Virus record (IMG/VR): IMGVR_UViG_3300009785_000018
From: an uncultured virus (IMG/VR IMGVR_UViG_3300009785_000018)
Taxonomy: Duplodnaviria; Heunggongvirae; Uroviricota; Caudoviricetes
Strand: one strand, 5' to 3'
Length of the DNA: 56,326 nucleotides
A program made the position numbers and the translations under genes. Within the stretch, counting starts at the first letter, position 1; each line of letters begins with the position of its first letter. The notes below the pieces were generated by a model, which was not told the DNA's origin, did no database searches, and was given only the letters and a program-made list of their open reading frames with translations. This document shows positions 19,501-29,681 of this stretch, piece by piece.

Positions 19501-22500
19501 GATAATTTAGATGATGACTTTGCAATACTCAAAAATGACGAAGTAATTCTCTCTCCCGCTAGAAATATAGGGTGGTATTCAAATCAACCGCCTTATTCAG
19601 TGTACGTAGTGGGCGGTAAAATTACTGCAAATAATGTTGACTATCCAATAACAAATTTAAGTAATAATATGGATACAGTATTCAAAGTTACTGATAGTTG
19701 GTACGGAAGGGGGGAATTTAATGTTTCTTATCAAGATAGAATAGATGAAATTGAAGCTTCTAACGGTCCCGTTGAGTCTTCAAGTTTGGAATTGGTAGTG
19801 CTTAGTGATAGAGACATAATAAGAGGCTGGAACGCAAAGCCAACACTGAATACTCCCGATCAAGATCTTAACAGCTTATCTGTAGGAATTTTTTCACAGC
19901 CATCCATCCCTGATGGTTTTAATTTATCTACGCAAGGTGGTGGTACATTAGATAATGCCTCTAATAGAGGTTCGCAAAGACTTTCTGAAACTTCCAGAGC
20001 TTTTCTTGATAACAGTATTCCTGATTGGCCTTACAGTGGTGTACAGACTGGAAACTCATCTCCAAACTATGTTTGGTCATACACTGGTAATATTTTTACT
20101 GGTGATAAATTAGAGGTGGCAGTGTTTGATGGTTGGGGGTCTACACTTAGACTAATTCCTTGGACTGCCAAACTTACTTGGAGCGACGGCTTTACTAGTT
20201 TTGTAAACGGGGGATATAAAGAATCTTTTCCTAGTGATTCAGCTAAGATTCGTCAACTTCAAGATACAAGTTTAACACAGACACAATATTATTCGGCAGA
20301 TGGGGGTGGTCCTTGGGGAGAATCTTATAAATTTTACGAAGGCGGTAGCGGTATAATTCCTGTAACAAGAAATATTGAACAAAAATTTGTTCAAGATATG
20401 GCATATCTTCAATATGACACTAATGAAGTACCCTTTAACATAGTCCAGGGATTTGGTTTTTCTGTTAAGGACAAAGAAACCATTTCTTCCTCTGATCCAA
20501 TATTTGTTGGAGACAATAATAGACCCAGAGCAATATGGCAAGACGTTGGTTTTGTTTGTAATTTAGATCCAATTAAGTTTACTGACACCAACGAGAATGA
20601 AGAAGATGGCGACGACGACGGCAAAGATAACGCTTTTGATCCTTGCATCCCAGATCCGGGTTGCCCCGAAGAAGACAGCGGCGGTGGCGGCGAAGGGCCT
20701 GGTGATGGCGGCGGCGGTGGCGGCGACGGAGAGAGATCAAATATAGTTTCTGGGGTTCTTTATAGTGGATCGATAACTTTCAATAAAATGTCTATTGGTG
20801 ATTATCTAGAATTTAGTCCATATAACTTTGATTACTCTGGTGATTATCTAGAAGCTTATGGAACTGGTTTTCCTGATATCCATAATTTAGATAATAGGTT
20901 TTTTTATGACAGAAGAGGTAATAATATAAGTACATTCAGTAATGCTGTAGAGCTAGCCTATTTACTTAATGGTTTTTATAATAATTTTTCATTAGGCACA
21001 AATAAAAGAGGGGTATGGCAAAAATTTAAAACAGAATTTGACGAATATGCTGGGGATACGGCTGGGGATTTTTATAGCGGCGCATTGTTAGAAGCGACGG
21101 CAATTACTCCTAATTTTTTAACAATAAAGTCCCTAATATTCAGTGATATGGGTGCTTACAAAATCAAGTTTCAAGATGACAATCTCTCAATTGCTAGTCA
21201 GTATCAATACTCAATGCCTAGGTCAATAGGTTTTCAAGGAAGTTATGACGGTCTGAGGTGGAAAAACCTATTCTTAAAAGATTTTGATTATACCTCAAGC
21301 AGCCATGAGCTCATAACTGACGGATATGAAATAGAAAAAAAACCTATGGAATTTGGTTTTGGTCCCGAATTAAGAGTTGACAACGAGAGAGACGGGGTGG
21401 ACTCAATAACTGTAACTGCAAATGATCACGTAATTGAATCGGGGGATGGAGTGTTTTTAAATCAAGTAGAATCTATAGGGATAACAATTTCAAGTTTTGG
21501 AAACGGCGTATTTAGTGGGGTTGAGTTTCCCTCAGGGATAGACGTGCAAGATTTTTTCGAAGACACTATTCGATATGAATATAGCGGCAATAATTCTGGT
21601 TCTTTACTTGGTTTTATTAGCGGTTACGAAGTAAGAAATCCTCTAGCGAAGGAAGATGATGAAATTGTGATAGAACCCGTTGAGGTTGTTTACCCCTGTC
21701 CAGGCCCTCTGACTACAATAATAAGAACTCGACAGGTCATTGTTGATAGTGGTATTGATGAGTTTGGTAACTACTTCCAAGTTACTCAAGAAGAAGAGGC
21801 GGGTTGTGAATTTTGCTTTGGCTACAAAAAAGTCGCCTTGCCAATCGGTCACGAGGCTAACGAAGGCTTGTTCCCAGGAGACCCAGACTATGTATTTAGT
21901 GGCTATTCACTCTGCGATGCGGAGGGACTTCCAGAGTTAGGGGAGGAAGAGGAAGAAGAAGATAAATTTCAAACTATAGCATTTAGTGGATTTTTTACAG
22001 GTTTTGAGGGCGAAGAGATATTTAGTTTAGACCTTTATGATTCAGATGACACATTTTTCCGTGGGACATTTAAAGCTCCCTTGGAACCAGAAGCTATTTT
22101 TATAGTTCCAAATCAAACGGCAACTTATTCGATTAATGAATTGGAATTTTTCTTTGATCTAATCTCTGTTAAAGATCGCGAAGCTTTATTCGAACAAGAC
22201 GAAAATGGTAATTCCATAATACCAGTAGGACAAGAATCGAACGATACAAACACCAGTTATAGAACTGGATTCATTTTTGACAACGAAAGAGACTACAGGT
22301 ACTATAGGTTTATCTACAGCGGATTTAATATTCCAGATGGAAGCAGTTCAGCCGAAGAAACCTTTGCCCCCCAAAGTGGAGTAGTTGTATTCGACGAAGT
22401 TAATTTGTATGGACCAACTGATTATGAATTTGCTTTGAGTGGAGCACAGGAAATAACTTTATTTGACTCTATTTATTCTGGAGACTTATTGATTCCAGTC

Positions 22501-23814
22501 AGTGGGCGCATGACTGGTATGCATGTTGGCAGTAGCTTTAGTGGAATACTGCCTGTTAACTCAAATAAAACTGAAACTATTCTCGAAGACTTTTTCTCTG
22601 GTACTCAACAAATTTATCCTACCCAATTTGTTGGGAACTATCAAGACACCTTAACTGGAATAGGAGAAGCTTCTGGAATTATTACTGGATTATTTTATGA
22701 TACAGGTACTAACAGGTTGTTTAATGAAATATTAATTCAACAAACAGTTACTGGATTTGAAAATGTCGACACTGAGGTTAATCGAATAAACGATATCACA
22801 GATATATTAGGTTTAACTGACGAAGAGGTATTTATAGATTTCACGGGCCCAGCAAGATTCACTGGTATTGGGGCGGTCAATGCACTTCAAACTGGAGTTA
22901 AAAGCTTTACAATAGTCACTGGTACAGAGACTGGATTCATAAATGATGGAAGCGGTAGCTATGATTTTTATAGATCTGAATCTAGACTTTTCGGAGAAAA
23001 AATTCTGCTTCAAGATAGTGGCAAAATTTTAAATCAAGACTTTGGTAATTTACTTCTAGAATCATTAGATACTAGTCAAGTATTTAGTTCTATTCCTTCT
23101 GGATATATTAATTCCCAATTAACATTAAATTATAACAATCCGATTACAGGTGATAGAGTGATAATTGATAGCAATGGCTTTGTAAGAAGCACAGGTAATC
23201 AGCTTCCAAATTTATTTAAGGATATAACCGGTTTGTCTAAGGTTATTAATAGTGGTGAATTTGGATTTAGCACATCAATAATTGATAATGACACATTACA
23301 AATCTTTACAAATACCCTAGGTGAGCTTGGCAACTCAATACGGGCTAGTTCAGACGGAAGTCTTAATAAACCAACGTTTGAAACCGATACCTTTACTGGC
23401 GGACAAAATTTCTATCAACCATTAATTGGTTACGGGTTGTTTTCTGGCAATGCCTTCGAAACAGTTAATAATACTGGGATTTATGAAGTAGATTACACAG
23501 GAGAAATTACTGGTATAATTAACATATTTACTGGAAATAAAAATTTCAACGATACATGGAATCTTCATACTGGAAAATTCAATAAAAATTATAATTTTAG
23601 ATCTAATCTTCCTGATGGAGTTATAACTTCCATCTATGAAGACGGTTTTCATTCTATGGGTATTTACCCAAGTCAATTTGCTACATTTATTGACTACGTT
23701 CCTAGCGATTTAGTAGACTATAATAATACGGAAAATGAGCCCGATGTCGCTGAATTAATCATTACTGGAATAAATTTAACTGGATATACAATTCCAATAC
23801 ACGGAGACAAATAA
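16594..23814 (+). CDS. 2406-aa putative virion adhesin/tail-associated protein with vWA domain
   Basis: DVDIIFLFDRSGSM MIDAS-type motif at ~18712-18753; TG/SG-rich flanks; acidic poly-Gly linker; discoidin-like motifs. Confidence 0.65.
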   Translation: MGQYYTSTGRYDLSTGDILDVETNLSLDAFELPDFFQKGNRVSSNLLYDPDLDVGSYYIEPFNKFYPETASTGSLEYRKAEIGINSIWKTDFEKSKRIHDYYTWTGIHFSGEIDGHAVVEVAGLVYSGYSEGTLAGKYYPETGETPTFSSKGKSTVIVSRTDGASSSNFAKTFFSGLRGEVQVVPLGNSWQNNPFVNSETETGKAYLKEALSTAIVNGNTTAPKFYKWISTILDRIDSSRDSKIFILRDFDTSTVNYTVGDKVVSEQDLIDRIKGLQIPVYDYYNTSTNTDESSNPLSGITTFSSGYSPTDNAYVDRPNRIPDWISDQQIDMVDEPSNSKWLSPENVFQFDTSLYSFVGSGMTSGLKTGEITGGGIINATTEPLLLKTNTYGNYYEDKFRGHLDISASGRISFEDIFQQYFLGDYNRPAGSYGLKVSGTNHSNSLVTGDMLYIPYSGEDYIEGKQTQRAVNFNDFCVFAPVNLDGFETSFLSSVTVTGSPIISGEVYLASGLLDIDSTLNTGITGEFDFFDINFLTGDPKYFVETEGSTGMLSGELFHTYLLSDTGQVDFETTLTSAKILPVDMPEGIFTTSIDPFFSNSISGDQVVSGIKEERVEDLLPDSTNILKTSIRDKGTGRAFISGIFQGDMTYTGIYYKDDDALTGYINPAHDYHYKISDLSDFNLTNLTGDGKVRVVDNNGGNVQISSDVDIIFLFDRSGSMGDNIRSCSAAISASQLFDFRIINASVYSYDYYSSLPYYIPGVRLAYSDSDMVETEGSYERFQGVLNDITNYIQIGGGFEKLSEAILELDAAGRFDGYNDRNVILCAFTDEIDASTTSQKSQALQVLGTKEIQTIFFTTTFDQYGYAHPLEPIYTAYLDQLPAECNAQWINMSNVSAANFSNLINEVATRGFANLDIISILSIDNQELNDYLPDLFFADATLSRQEYYAPGAIFVTSLELTGDTMIDSGGDNLDDDFAILKNDEVILSPARNIGWYSNQPPYSVYVVGGKITANNVDYPITNLSNNMDTVFKVTDSWYGRGEFNVSYQDRIDEIEASNGPVESSSLELVVLSDRDIIRGWNAKPTLNTPDQDLNSLSVGIFSQPSIPDGFNLSTQGGGTLDNASNRGSQRLSETSRAFLDNSIPDWPYSGVQTGNSSPNYVWSYTGNIFTGDKLEVAVFDGWGSTLRLIPWTAKLTWSDGFTSFVNGGYKESFPSDSAKIRQLQDTSLTQTQYYSADGGGPWGESYKFYEGGSGIIPVTRNIEQKFVQDMAYLQYDTNEVPFNIVQGFGFSVKDKETISSSDPIFVGDNNRPRAIWQDVGFVCNLDPIKFTDTNENEEDGDDDGKDNAFDPCIPDPGCPEEDSGGGGEGPGDGGGGGGDGERSNIVSGVLYSGSITFNKMSIGDYLEFSPYNFDYSGDYLEAYGTGFPDIHNLDNRFFYDRRGNNISTFSNAVELAYLLNGFYNNFSLGTNKRGVWQKFKTEFDEYAGDTAGDFYSGALLEATAITPNFLTIKSLIFSDMGAYKIKFQDDNLSIASQYQYSMPRSIGFQGSYDGLRWKNLFLKDFDYTSSSHELITDGYEIEKKPMEFGFGPELRVDNERDGVDSITVTANDHVIESGDGVFLNQVESIGITISSFGNGVFSGVEFPSGIDVQDFFEDTIRYEYSGNNSGSLLGFISGYEVRNPLAKEDDEIVIEPVEVVYPCPGPLTTIIRTRQVIVDSGIDEFGNYFQVTQEEEAGCEFCFGYKKVALPIGHEANEGLFPGDPDYVFSGYSLCDAEGLPELGEEEEEEDKFQTIAFSGFFTGFEGEEIFSLDLYDSDDTFFRGTFKAPLEPEAIFIVPNQTATYSINELEFFFDLISVKDREALFEQDENGNSIIPVGQESNDTNTSYRTGFIFDNERDYRYYRFIYSGFNIPDGSSSAEETFAPQSGVVVFDEVNLYGPTDYEFALSGAQEITLFDSIYSGDLLIPVSGRMTGMHVGSSFSGILPVNSNKTETILEDFFSGTQQIYPTQFVGNYQDTLTGIGEASGIITGLFYDTGTNRLFNEILIQQTVTGFENVDTEVNRINDITDILGLTDEEVFIDFTGPARFTGIGAVNALQTGVKSFTIVTGTETGFINDGSGSYDFYRSESRLFGEKILLQDSGKILNQDFGNLLLESLDTSQVFSSIPSGYINSQLTLNYNNPITGDRVIIDSNGFVRSTGNQLPNLFKDITGLSKVINSGEFGFSTSIIDNDTLQIFTNTLGELGNSIRASSDGSLNKPTFETDTFTGGQNFYQPLIGYGLFSGNAFETVNNTGIYEVDYTGEITGIINIFTGNKNFNDTWNLHTGKFNKNYNFRSNLPDGVITSIYEDGFHSMGIYPSQFATFIDYVPSDLVDYNNTENEPDVAELIITGINLTGYTIPIHGDK

Positions 23815-23816
23815 TT

Positions 23817-24722
23817 ATGGCGGGTCGATTTCAAATTATAAAAACTGGTGCATCTACGGTTCGAGTTGCTGAAAACAGTAGTATTCTTACTTCTAAAATA
23901 AGGTATCGACCTAATGGCTCTGATGTATTTTTGGGCCACGGTGAGGATGGTAGAGATCAAGATTTGAGGATATCTTCTCGAAGTTTTATGACCGAAAAAC
24001 AAAAAGAGGCGGAGAAAGCATCTATTGCATTTGCTACATCTTTAGAGATTGTAGTTGAAGAGAGTATTACAGATGTTATACATAGTAAGGATAATGAAGC
24101 ACAAACTAGACAAGCCCCATACGAGGCTTTTCATATTAAAGGCTTGGGAATTGATTTTACACCGAAATACGACGATGATGTGCAAAAAAGGGATTTCATA
24201 TATTTAGAATTGGACCTGCACAGAAGCTTAGATGTTCGTTCCGCAGCAATTGTTGTCGGACCTGTTAATGGTAATGGTCCTGGAAAAATTCCCGGAGAAA
24301 GAAATGAACGCACTGATGTCATCGAAGAAGATAAAGATTTATTAGGTTGGCCCTCCTTTCCTTCGTCCTATCTTTTTAACATGGATCTAAACAAAGATGG
24401 CGAGTTAATTTACACTCCCACAAATGCAGAGCCCACCAACGAAGAACTTAGGCAGGGTAAATTTCAGAAAAAAGCATACTTGATGATTGGATATTTAACT
24501 AAAGATGTAGTAGGGGGTAGCGAAGGTCTTGTGATTTTTGATGAAGACAATAGCGACGCCCCCTATATGAATGTAGTTGGCTGTTTAAATACTAACTTAG
24601 AAATATCTCATGGGCTTTCTAACGAATTACCTGTTGTCAACCTTTCTCCAAGCCACGATCCCGTACACTTGAGTTCAAATTATTTTGAGGAAGTTGAGCA
24701 AGAATCTGAATCGGGGGAATAA
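23817..24722 (+). CDS. hypothetical protein, probably virion-associated
   Basis: 301-aa ORF starting 2 nt after the large gene. Confidence 0.6.
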   Translation: MAGRFQIIKTGASTVRVAENSSILTSKIRYRPNGSDVFLGHGEDGRDQDLRISSRSFMTEKQKEAEKASIAFATSLEIVVEESITDVIHSKDNEAQTRQAPYEAFHIKGLGIDFTPKYDDDVQKRDFIYLELDLHRSLDVRSAAIVVGPVNGNGPGKIPGERNERTDVIEEDKDLLGWPSFPSSYLFNMDLNKDGELIYTPTNAEPTNEELRQGKFQKKAYLMIGYLTKDVVGGSEGLVIFDEDNSDAPYMNVVGCLNTNLEISHGLSNELPVVNLSPSHDPVHLSSNYFEEVEQESESGE

Positions 24723-24723
24723 T

Positions 24724-25614
24724 ATGCACGAAGAAAATAATATTCCCAATACTCATGACCCAGGTCAACCAGAATACTTCGACGAGATTTCTAAGAAACA
24801 AAAGAAAAGTCAGCCCATTAATTTTGAAAATACAATCTGGCAAACTTTGGACCAAAAACCCAGAATAGGAAATCTATATTTCATGGATAGCTTGCTATTC
24901 AGTTCTTGCAAATTTAAGGCAGAAAAAGAATTGGGATATAGCCAAGAAGAAGAAGCTATTAAAGAGAGAGAAGATAGAATCGTAGAACTTTATGAAGAAG
25001 AGGATGGCGATATAGAAAAGTTTACCCGCTCCAATTATTTGACGGCGACCAAAGAACAGATTCATCAAATTACTTTTAGAGATAGAATGTATAGGATAGA
25101 AGTTCAGATTATTACTATGGAAATGAAGTTTTTTCAAACTGGCTCTCCTTTTATCGGACCTATACCATATTTCCAGCCGCGAACGTATCGAACCACTGGT
25201 CGTAGCTTCCCAGTATTTACAGAAAGTCACGAAAGAATGGCGGGACAAAGACACTCTGGACGAGTCAATATAGATACTACACGTATTATGAGACAACAAA
25301 ATGGTACATATTTAATCAAAGTGACTGTTGTAGGAAATGGTTTTACTACAAGTGGATTTGGCTTTCCTGTGGGAATAATCCCATTTGCAAGTGACAGTAT
25401 TCCTATCCTTTTCATAAATGCAAACCCAAATGAAACACCTTTAGCTGCTTTTGGCAGTATTATACCAGTGAATTACAATAGTGATGGCGAAGCAGTTGAA
25501 GACGTTTACAACTGGTCACTTTCTGAAGAATTAAAAAAACATAAAGATGGGGATATTCCCCTCAATGAGCTGTCTATGCTAGCTCAAGAAACTTTGGACT
25601 CTATCGCAGAATAA
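24724..25614 (+). CDS. hypothetical protein
   Basis: Track ORF starts at 24685; the in-frame ATG at 24724 (MHEENN) lies 1 nt after the previous stop and is the likelier start. Confidence 0.6.
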   Translation: MHEENNIPNTHDPGQPEYFDEISKKQKKSQPINFENTIWQTLDQKPRIGNLYFMDSLLFSSCKFKAEKELGYSQEEEAIKEREDRIVELYEEEDGDIEKFTRSNYLTATKEQIHQITFRDRMYRIEVQIITMEMKFFQTGSPFIGPIPYFQPRTYRTTGRSFPVFTESHERMAGQRHSGRVNIDTTRIMRQQNGTYLIKVTVVGNGFTTSGFGFPVGIIPFASDSIPILFINANPNETPLAAFGSIIPVNYNSDGEAVEDVYNWSLSEELKKHKDGDIPLNELSMLAQETLDSIAE

Positions 25615-25621
25615 AACTTTA

Positions 25622-27253
25622 TCAGATGTTAATAAATTTTAGGTCTTCTATACTGTTTACTGGTGATTTGAAATAATCCCAAGAATAATTAAGTGTAATC
25701 TTTTTCCCGAAACTCGGATTTGATCCTATATTTTTTTGGGTCAAAACTTCATCTCCCCCCAAGAAACCCTCTGAGATGCTTATAATTTCATTATGAGCTG
25801 ACTTTATTCCTTCTTCGATATCTGTATCGTCATTAATCACGGCATTAACACTAATTGACAATTTGGCTCTTTCATAGGATTCTAGATGTTGAAGCACATA
25901 TTCTTCTGAATCTCCTGCTTCTGCTAAATATACTTGACCAACTAGCGCATAAGGTTTCGCTTTAAAGTATGGATTCTCTACATTAATAACATAGTCAAAT
26001 TTTTCGAAACCCTCTGGAGGCTCTTCTTCATCTGTTAAGTTAACGGAAAAATTTATTTCTCCCTTAAACTTGTTTTTTGTAACACTTGCTGATGTATAAC
26101 GTTTATTGATGTTGTCAATATCATAATAATTAGAAAAAAGTCCAATCACATTCTCGCTTTTATAAACATTTATTTTTGAATTGTAAGCTTCTTCTACAAG
26201 CGCCCACCTGTCTGTTAAATCCGATCTGCCCCTTAAAGATCCTTTTAGTGAATATTTTGTTATGTTATCTTCCCCTTTGTTTTCATTTAAAGAAAGTTCC
26301 AGTATTAATGTATCTTGTCCAATATTAGTTACAGCGTCGTCATATTGTAGAGTAAAAGATATAGACTGATTTATTTCATTTATATTTTTTGTTCTTACAA
26401 CGGGGGTTGTATTTAACGTTATATCGTGACATTCTTCTATTTTTGCTATAAAATTATAAGCATCAAAAATCACCTCTAGTTCTGCTAATGTTGTATTTAT
26501 TCCTCCAGTAATGCTTCCAGATATAGAAGCCGTGTGAAAGCCCTGAGCCTGTTCATTTATATTGATGCTATAATTAATCTTGGATTTACTGCTTTGAAGC
26601 AAATCAAGCTCATAAACTTCGGTAACAGAATATTCTCCATTAACTCTGTTTATATTCTCTGATCTGCTTATTAATACAAGATTGCTATTGTTAATTGAAA
26701 CCTCTTCAGGATTTCGATTTGATCCAGCAGACCTTTCTCCAAAACACATTGATAAGTTTGCAGGAACCGTTGGAGAACCTCCACCAAGGTTGGCAGTAAC
26801 AAACGTACGAGCATTTTCGAATCCCGTTTCATCTAAACCCCCGGTATTTATTCCAGCCGCAGATACTGTATGAGTAACTGTCAAAACCCTCTCTTTGTTC
26901 TCTGAAAAATCCCATGTATTTGATGGGTTAATTATTCCCTCCGATTCAAAGTAATCTGCTGGATAGCACAGCAAGACTATGGTATAATCAATCTTGGATA
27001 AATAATCTGATGGTGCGAAATCAATGCTTTGTAAAAACACGTTGGCTCTTGTAAACGAACCATAAGTGAATAAACCATCTGTTATTTCATAAGTTGTAAG
27101 AATGGTGGCTTGCAGTGCCGACAAACTGGTGTAGCCTCCGGTATCAATAGCTTGCCCATTTAAAGTTATGTTTTCTACAAATCCCCATTTTTTATTATAA
27201 AAAATAGGAGAATGAGTAATGGAAATTCTTGGTTCTGTTATTTTAGATGTCAT
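25622..27253 (-). CDS. putative tail-tip/baseplate structural protein
   Basis: 543 aa, acidic, beta-rich; similar size and pattern to the upstream neighbour (both end in a ..SW.. strand). Confidence 0.55.
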   Translation of the reverse strand: MTSKITEPRISITHSPIFYNKKWGFVENITLNGQAIDTGGYTSLSALQATILTTYEITDGLFTYGSFTRANVFLQSIDFAPSDYLSKIDYTIVLLCYPADYFESEGIINPSNTWDFSENKERVLTVTHTVSAAGINTGGLDETGFENARTFVTANLGGGSPTVPANLSMCFGERSAGSNRNPEEVSINNSNLVLISRSENINRVNGEYSVTEVYELDLLQSSKSKINYSININEQAQGFHTASISGSITGGINTTLAELEVIFDAYNFIAKIEECHDITLNTTPVVRTKNINEINQSISFTLQYDDAVTNIGQDTLILELSLNENKGEDNITKYSLKGSLRGRSDLTDRWALVEEAYNSKINVYKSENVIGLFSNYYDIDNINKRYTSASVTKNKFKGEINFSVNLTDEEEPPEGFEKFDYVINVENPYFKAKPYALVGQVYLAEAGDSEEYVLQHLESYERAKLSISVNAVINDDTDIEEGIKSAHNEIISISEGFLGGDEVLTQKNIGSNPSFGKKITLNYSWDYFKSPVNSIEDLKFINI

Positions 27254-28892
27254 CTATGTCGGCTACCTCCCTTAGCCAACTCCAAGTAACGCTAAACGTC
27301 ATTAAATTTTTTTTAGGAGTGAAAGATGTTTTTGGTGCAGAAGAAATGTGCAGTAATTCTTCGTCTGGCGTATACTTCGAAATATTAGAGTTAACAAACG
27401 TGGCATAATCAGTGAAAGCGCTCTCTTTTTGGCCCCTTAATTCCATATTCAATGTAGTGTTTCCTACTGTGGCTAAGTTTAGTTTTTGAGATATCTGTTT
27501 GTCTTTTAATATATTAAAATTATTTTTCAAATCAACTGGATAAGAGTGTGTTACAGTATTTTTGGTTGTAATTTCTTCTGGATTGCCTTCTTTAGGTTCG
27601 CTTGAGTAGGTAAATGCATAAGTAATGGTGCCATCTATTTCGGAATAATTAACATCTTCACTCGAAATAAAGATCTGTCTAAAATCTATTGTATTGTTTC
27701 TAAATTCAGTTTCTACCCTTGTTTGAATGTCAGCCTTTATTGTATCCCAAGCGGTTTTTGCGACATCTATAGAAGAGTTTCCAGCGGGAAATGGTTTTCC
27801 GTCTCCAACTATCTGCCCTCTTTCAGATATTAAGTAGAAGCTTTCTGTTTTTTTAATTTCACAATTGTAAGACCAACTATAAGTGTCTTGAATAGATATG
27901 TCGTTGGAATAAGTAACCGTATAATTGATAGTTAAATTTCTCTCGTTTATATCTCTGACTACTGATATTCTTTTATCAACAAGTTGGTTAGGGGAACCAT
28001 AAGGAGTAATGGTAATTCCTGTATTATCAGCATCTCCATCGAAACCTTGAAATGCAGTCCTACATCTCGCAAAAGAATTTGTTTCGATTTGGGTTGTCGC
28101 CTCCGTTTTGAGTTCTCCCATTGAGCTTGCAGTGATTGGTCCGATATGACGAATAACCCCCTTTTCTGTTACTTTCGTTATTCCATCTTGGCCTGTAGAA
28201 ACCGAAGTGTCTATTGTTTTATCAAAATTTACGTCATCTTCACCAGTACCTCTCTTAACAAAATCATATTGATGAGATAAAGAGTATGATCTAGATATTT
28301 CATCAATATTTTCCGTACAATATAATTTATATCCTGTTAGGCTTGGATTATAACCGTCAATCAATTGGCTAGCCAGAGCTTTTGCAATTAAATCTATTGC
28401 TAGCGTTTGCGACAAGTCTAATGGATCATTAGTCTCGCTGTCCAAATATAAAATATTGACTGAATAATTAAAGCTTTTATTAGAGATAGATTCGCTAAAA
28501 GAAAAAGACTCACTTAAACTTTCTAAAAAATTTGTACTTGCAAACAAACTATTTAATCCATCATCACCAGCAGTTATTGAATTTTCATAAATTTCTATAG
28601 TAGCTGATACCTTTTTTAAATTTGGGCTAAGATCATCATCAGAAAAGGAGATTTGAGTTAACTTACCTGTGCCGAAATCTACTTCGTTAATCGTAACACT
28701 TTCCATTGTTGCCGTATCTAGAAAGTCATCAATAGTAGCGATATTGGTTGATGATTCTTCATCTAAAACAGTATCATCAATTAAAAAACCTTCAACCTTT
28801 AGGGTTTTGATTTTTTTATAATTATATAGATTTGACCCGAAATACTTATATTCGGTAGAAGATCCTAATATTGTTGTTTTATCGAAAATCAT
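27243..28892 (-). CDS. putative tail-tip/baseplate structural protein
   Basis: 549 aa, acidic, repeated I(N/T)YxxTYS strands; in the tail operon. Confidence 0.55.
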   Translation of the reverse strand: MIFDKTTILGSSTEYKYFGSNLYNYKKIKTLKVEGFLIDDTVLDEESSTNIATIDDFLDTATMESVTINEVDFGTGKLTQISFSDDDLSPNLKKVSATIEIYENSITAGDDGLNSLFASTNFLESLSESFSFSESISNKSFNYSVNILYLDSETNDPLDLSQTLAIDLIAKALASQLIDGYNPSLTGYKLYCTENIDEISRSYSLSHQYDFVKRGTGEDDVNFDKTIDTSVSTGQDGITKVTEKGVIRHIGPITASSMGELKTEATTQIETNSFARCRTAFQGFDGDADNTGITITPYGSPNQLVDKRISVVRDINERNLTINYTVTYSNDISIQDTYSWSYNCEIKKTESFYLISERGQIVGDGKPFPAGNSSIDVAKTAWDTIKADIQTRVETEFRNNTIDFRQIFISSEDVNYSEIDGTITYAFTYSSEPKEGNPEEITTKNTVTHSYPVDLKNNFNILKDKQISQKLNLATVGNTTLNMELRGQKESAFTDYATFVNSNISKYTPDEELLHISSAPKTSFTPKKNLMTFSVTWSWLREVADIDDI

Positions 28893-29681
28893 TTATCTAA
28901 AGCTAATTATTGATATATTTGTTGAAACAACGTCTTCAGCACTCAAGCTAAATTCGGTTGATTGAATTTTTCCTTCAATTGAATAGTCCTGTAACTCATT
29001 TCCATCTAAATCTTTTACCGTAAAAGAAGCTGAAGCGTTATCTCCGTGTGTAGTAACAAAATTACTTATATCATTACTTGTAAGGCTGCATTCCGATCTT
29101 CTTTCTGTAATATCAATAAAATCCGGGGAAGTGCCGTCATTAGTTATTAAAAATATAGGGTTTTGTTTTAAGGACACGCTGAAAGATAATGCTGATACAC
29201 CATCAACTCCTACTACTGGGCTGGCAGCAGAATGACCAACACTCATATCATCTTCAAAGTCAACACTTACCACTTCCTCTGCTTCTTCAATTTGATCATT
29301 TATATTTCCATAGTAAGTTAAACTGGCGCTAGCATTAAAAAGCGAGTTGTCGCTTGCGGAAATGGACAAACTTTGTGGACACAATCCAGTAAATGTATAA
29401 TCTCCGATAATCAATGCCGTGTCAGTTTGATTAGTAAAATTTTGTGATCCATCAAAAAGCCCTGAAAATTCTTGATAAAAGAGGTCTCCATCGCTACCTA
29501 TTAAATACTCTAAATTAATTACAGTAGTAGGCCTTTGATTTGCGTAATACACCCCAGTGCTAGTAGATAAGCGATCTTTGCCAAAACCCAGAGAGTTGGA
29601 ATTATTAATGCTTAAACTTTTGCATAATATTTCTGTACTACCATATGTTACATTAACATCTTTATAGCTTCTATAACCCAT
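28893..29681 (-). CDS. tail-tube-like minor tail protein
   Basis: SALSFSVSLKQNPIF and SLSISAS segments resemble tail tube 38816-39889; position in the operon. Confidence 0.45.
   Translation of the reverse strand: MGYRSYKDVNVTYGSTEILCKSLSINNSNSLGFGKDRLSTSTGVYYANQRPTTVINLEYLIGSDGDLFYQEFSGLFDGSQNFTNQTDTALIIGDYTFTGLCPQSLSISASDNSLFNASASLTYYGNINDQIEEAEEVVSVDFEDDMSVGHSAASPVVGVDGVSALSFSVSLKQNPIFLITNDGTSPDFIDITERRSECSLTSNDISNFVTTHGDNASASFTVKDLDGNELQDYSIEGKIQSTEFSLSAEDVVSTNISIISFR

Noticed and set aside
16300..25622. Invertase-controlled flippable segment
   Set aside because: No terminal inverted repeats noticed and no recombinase gene in the window.
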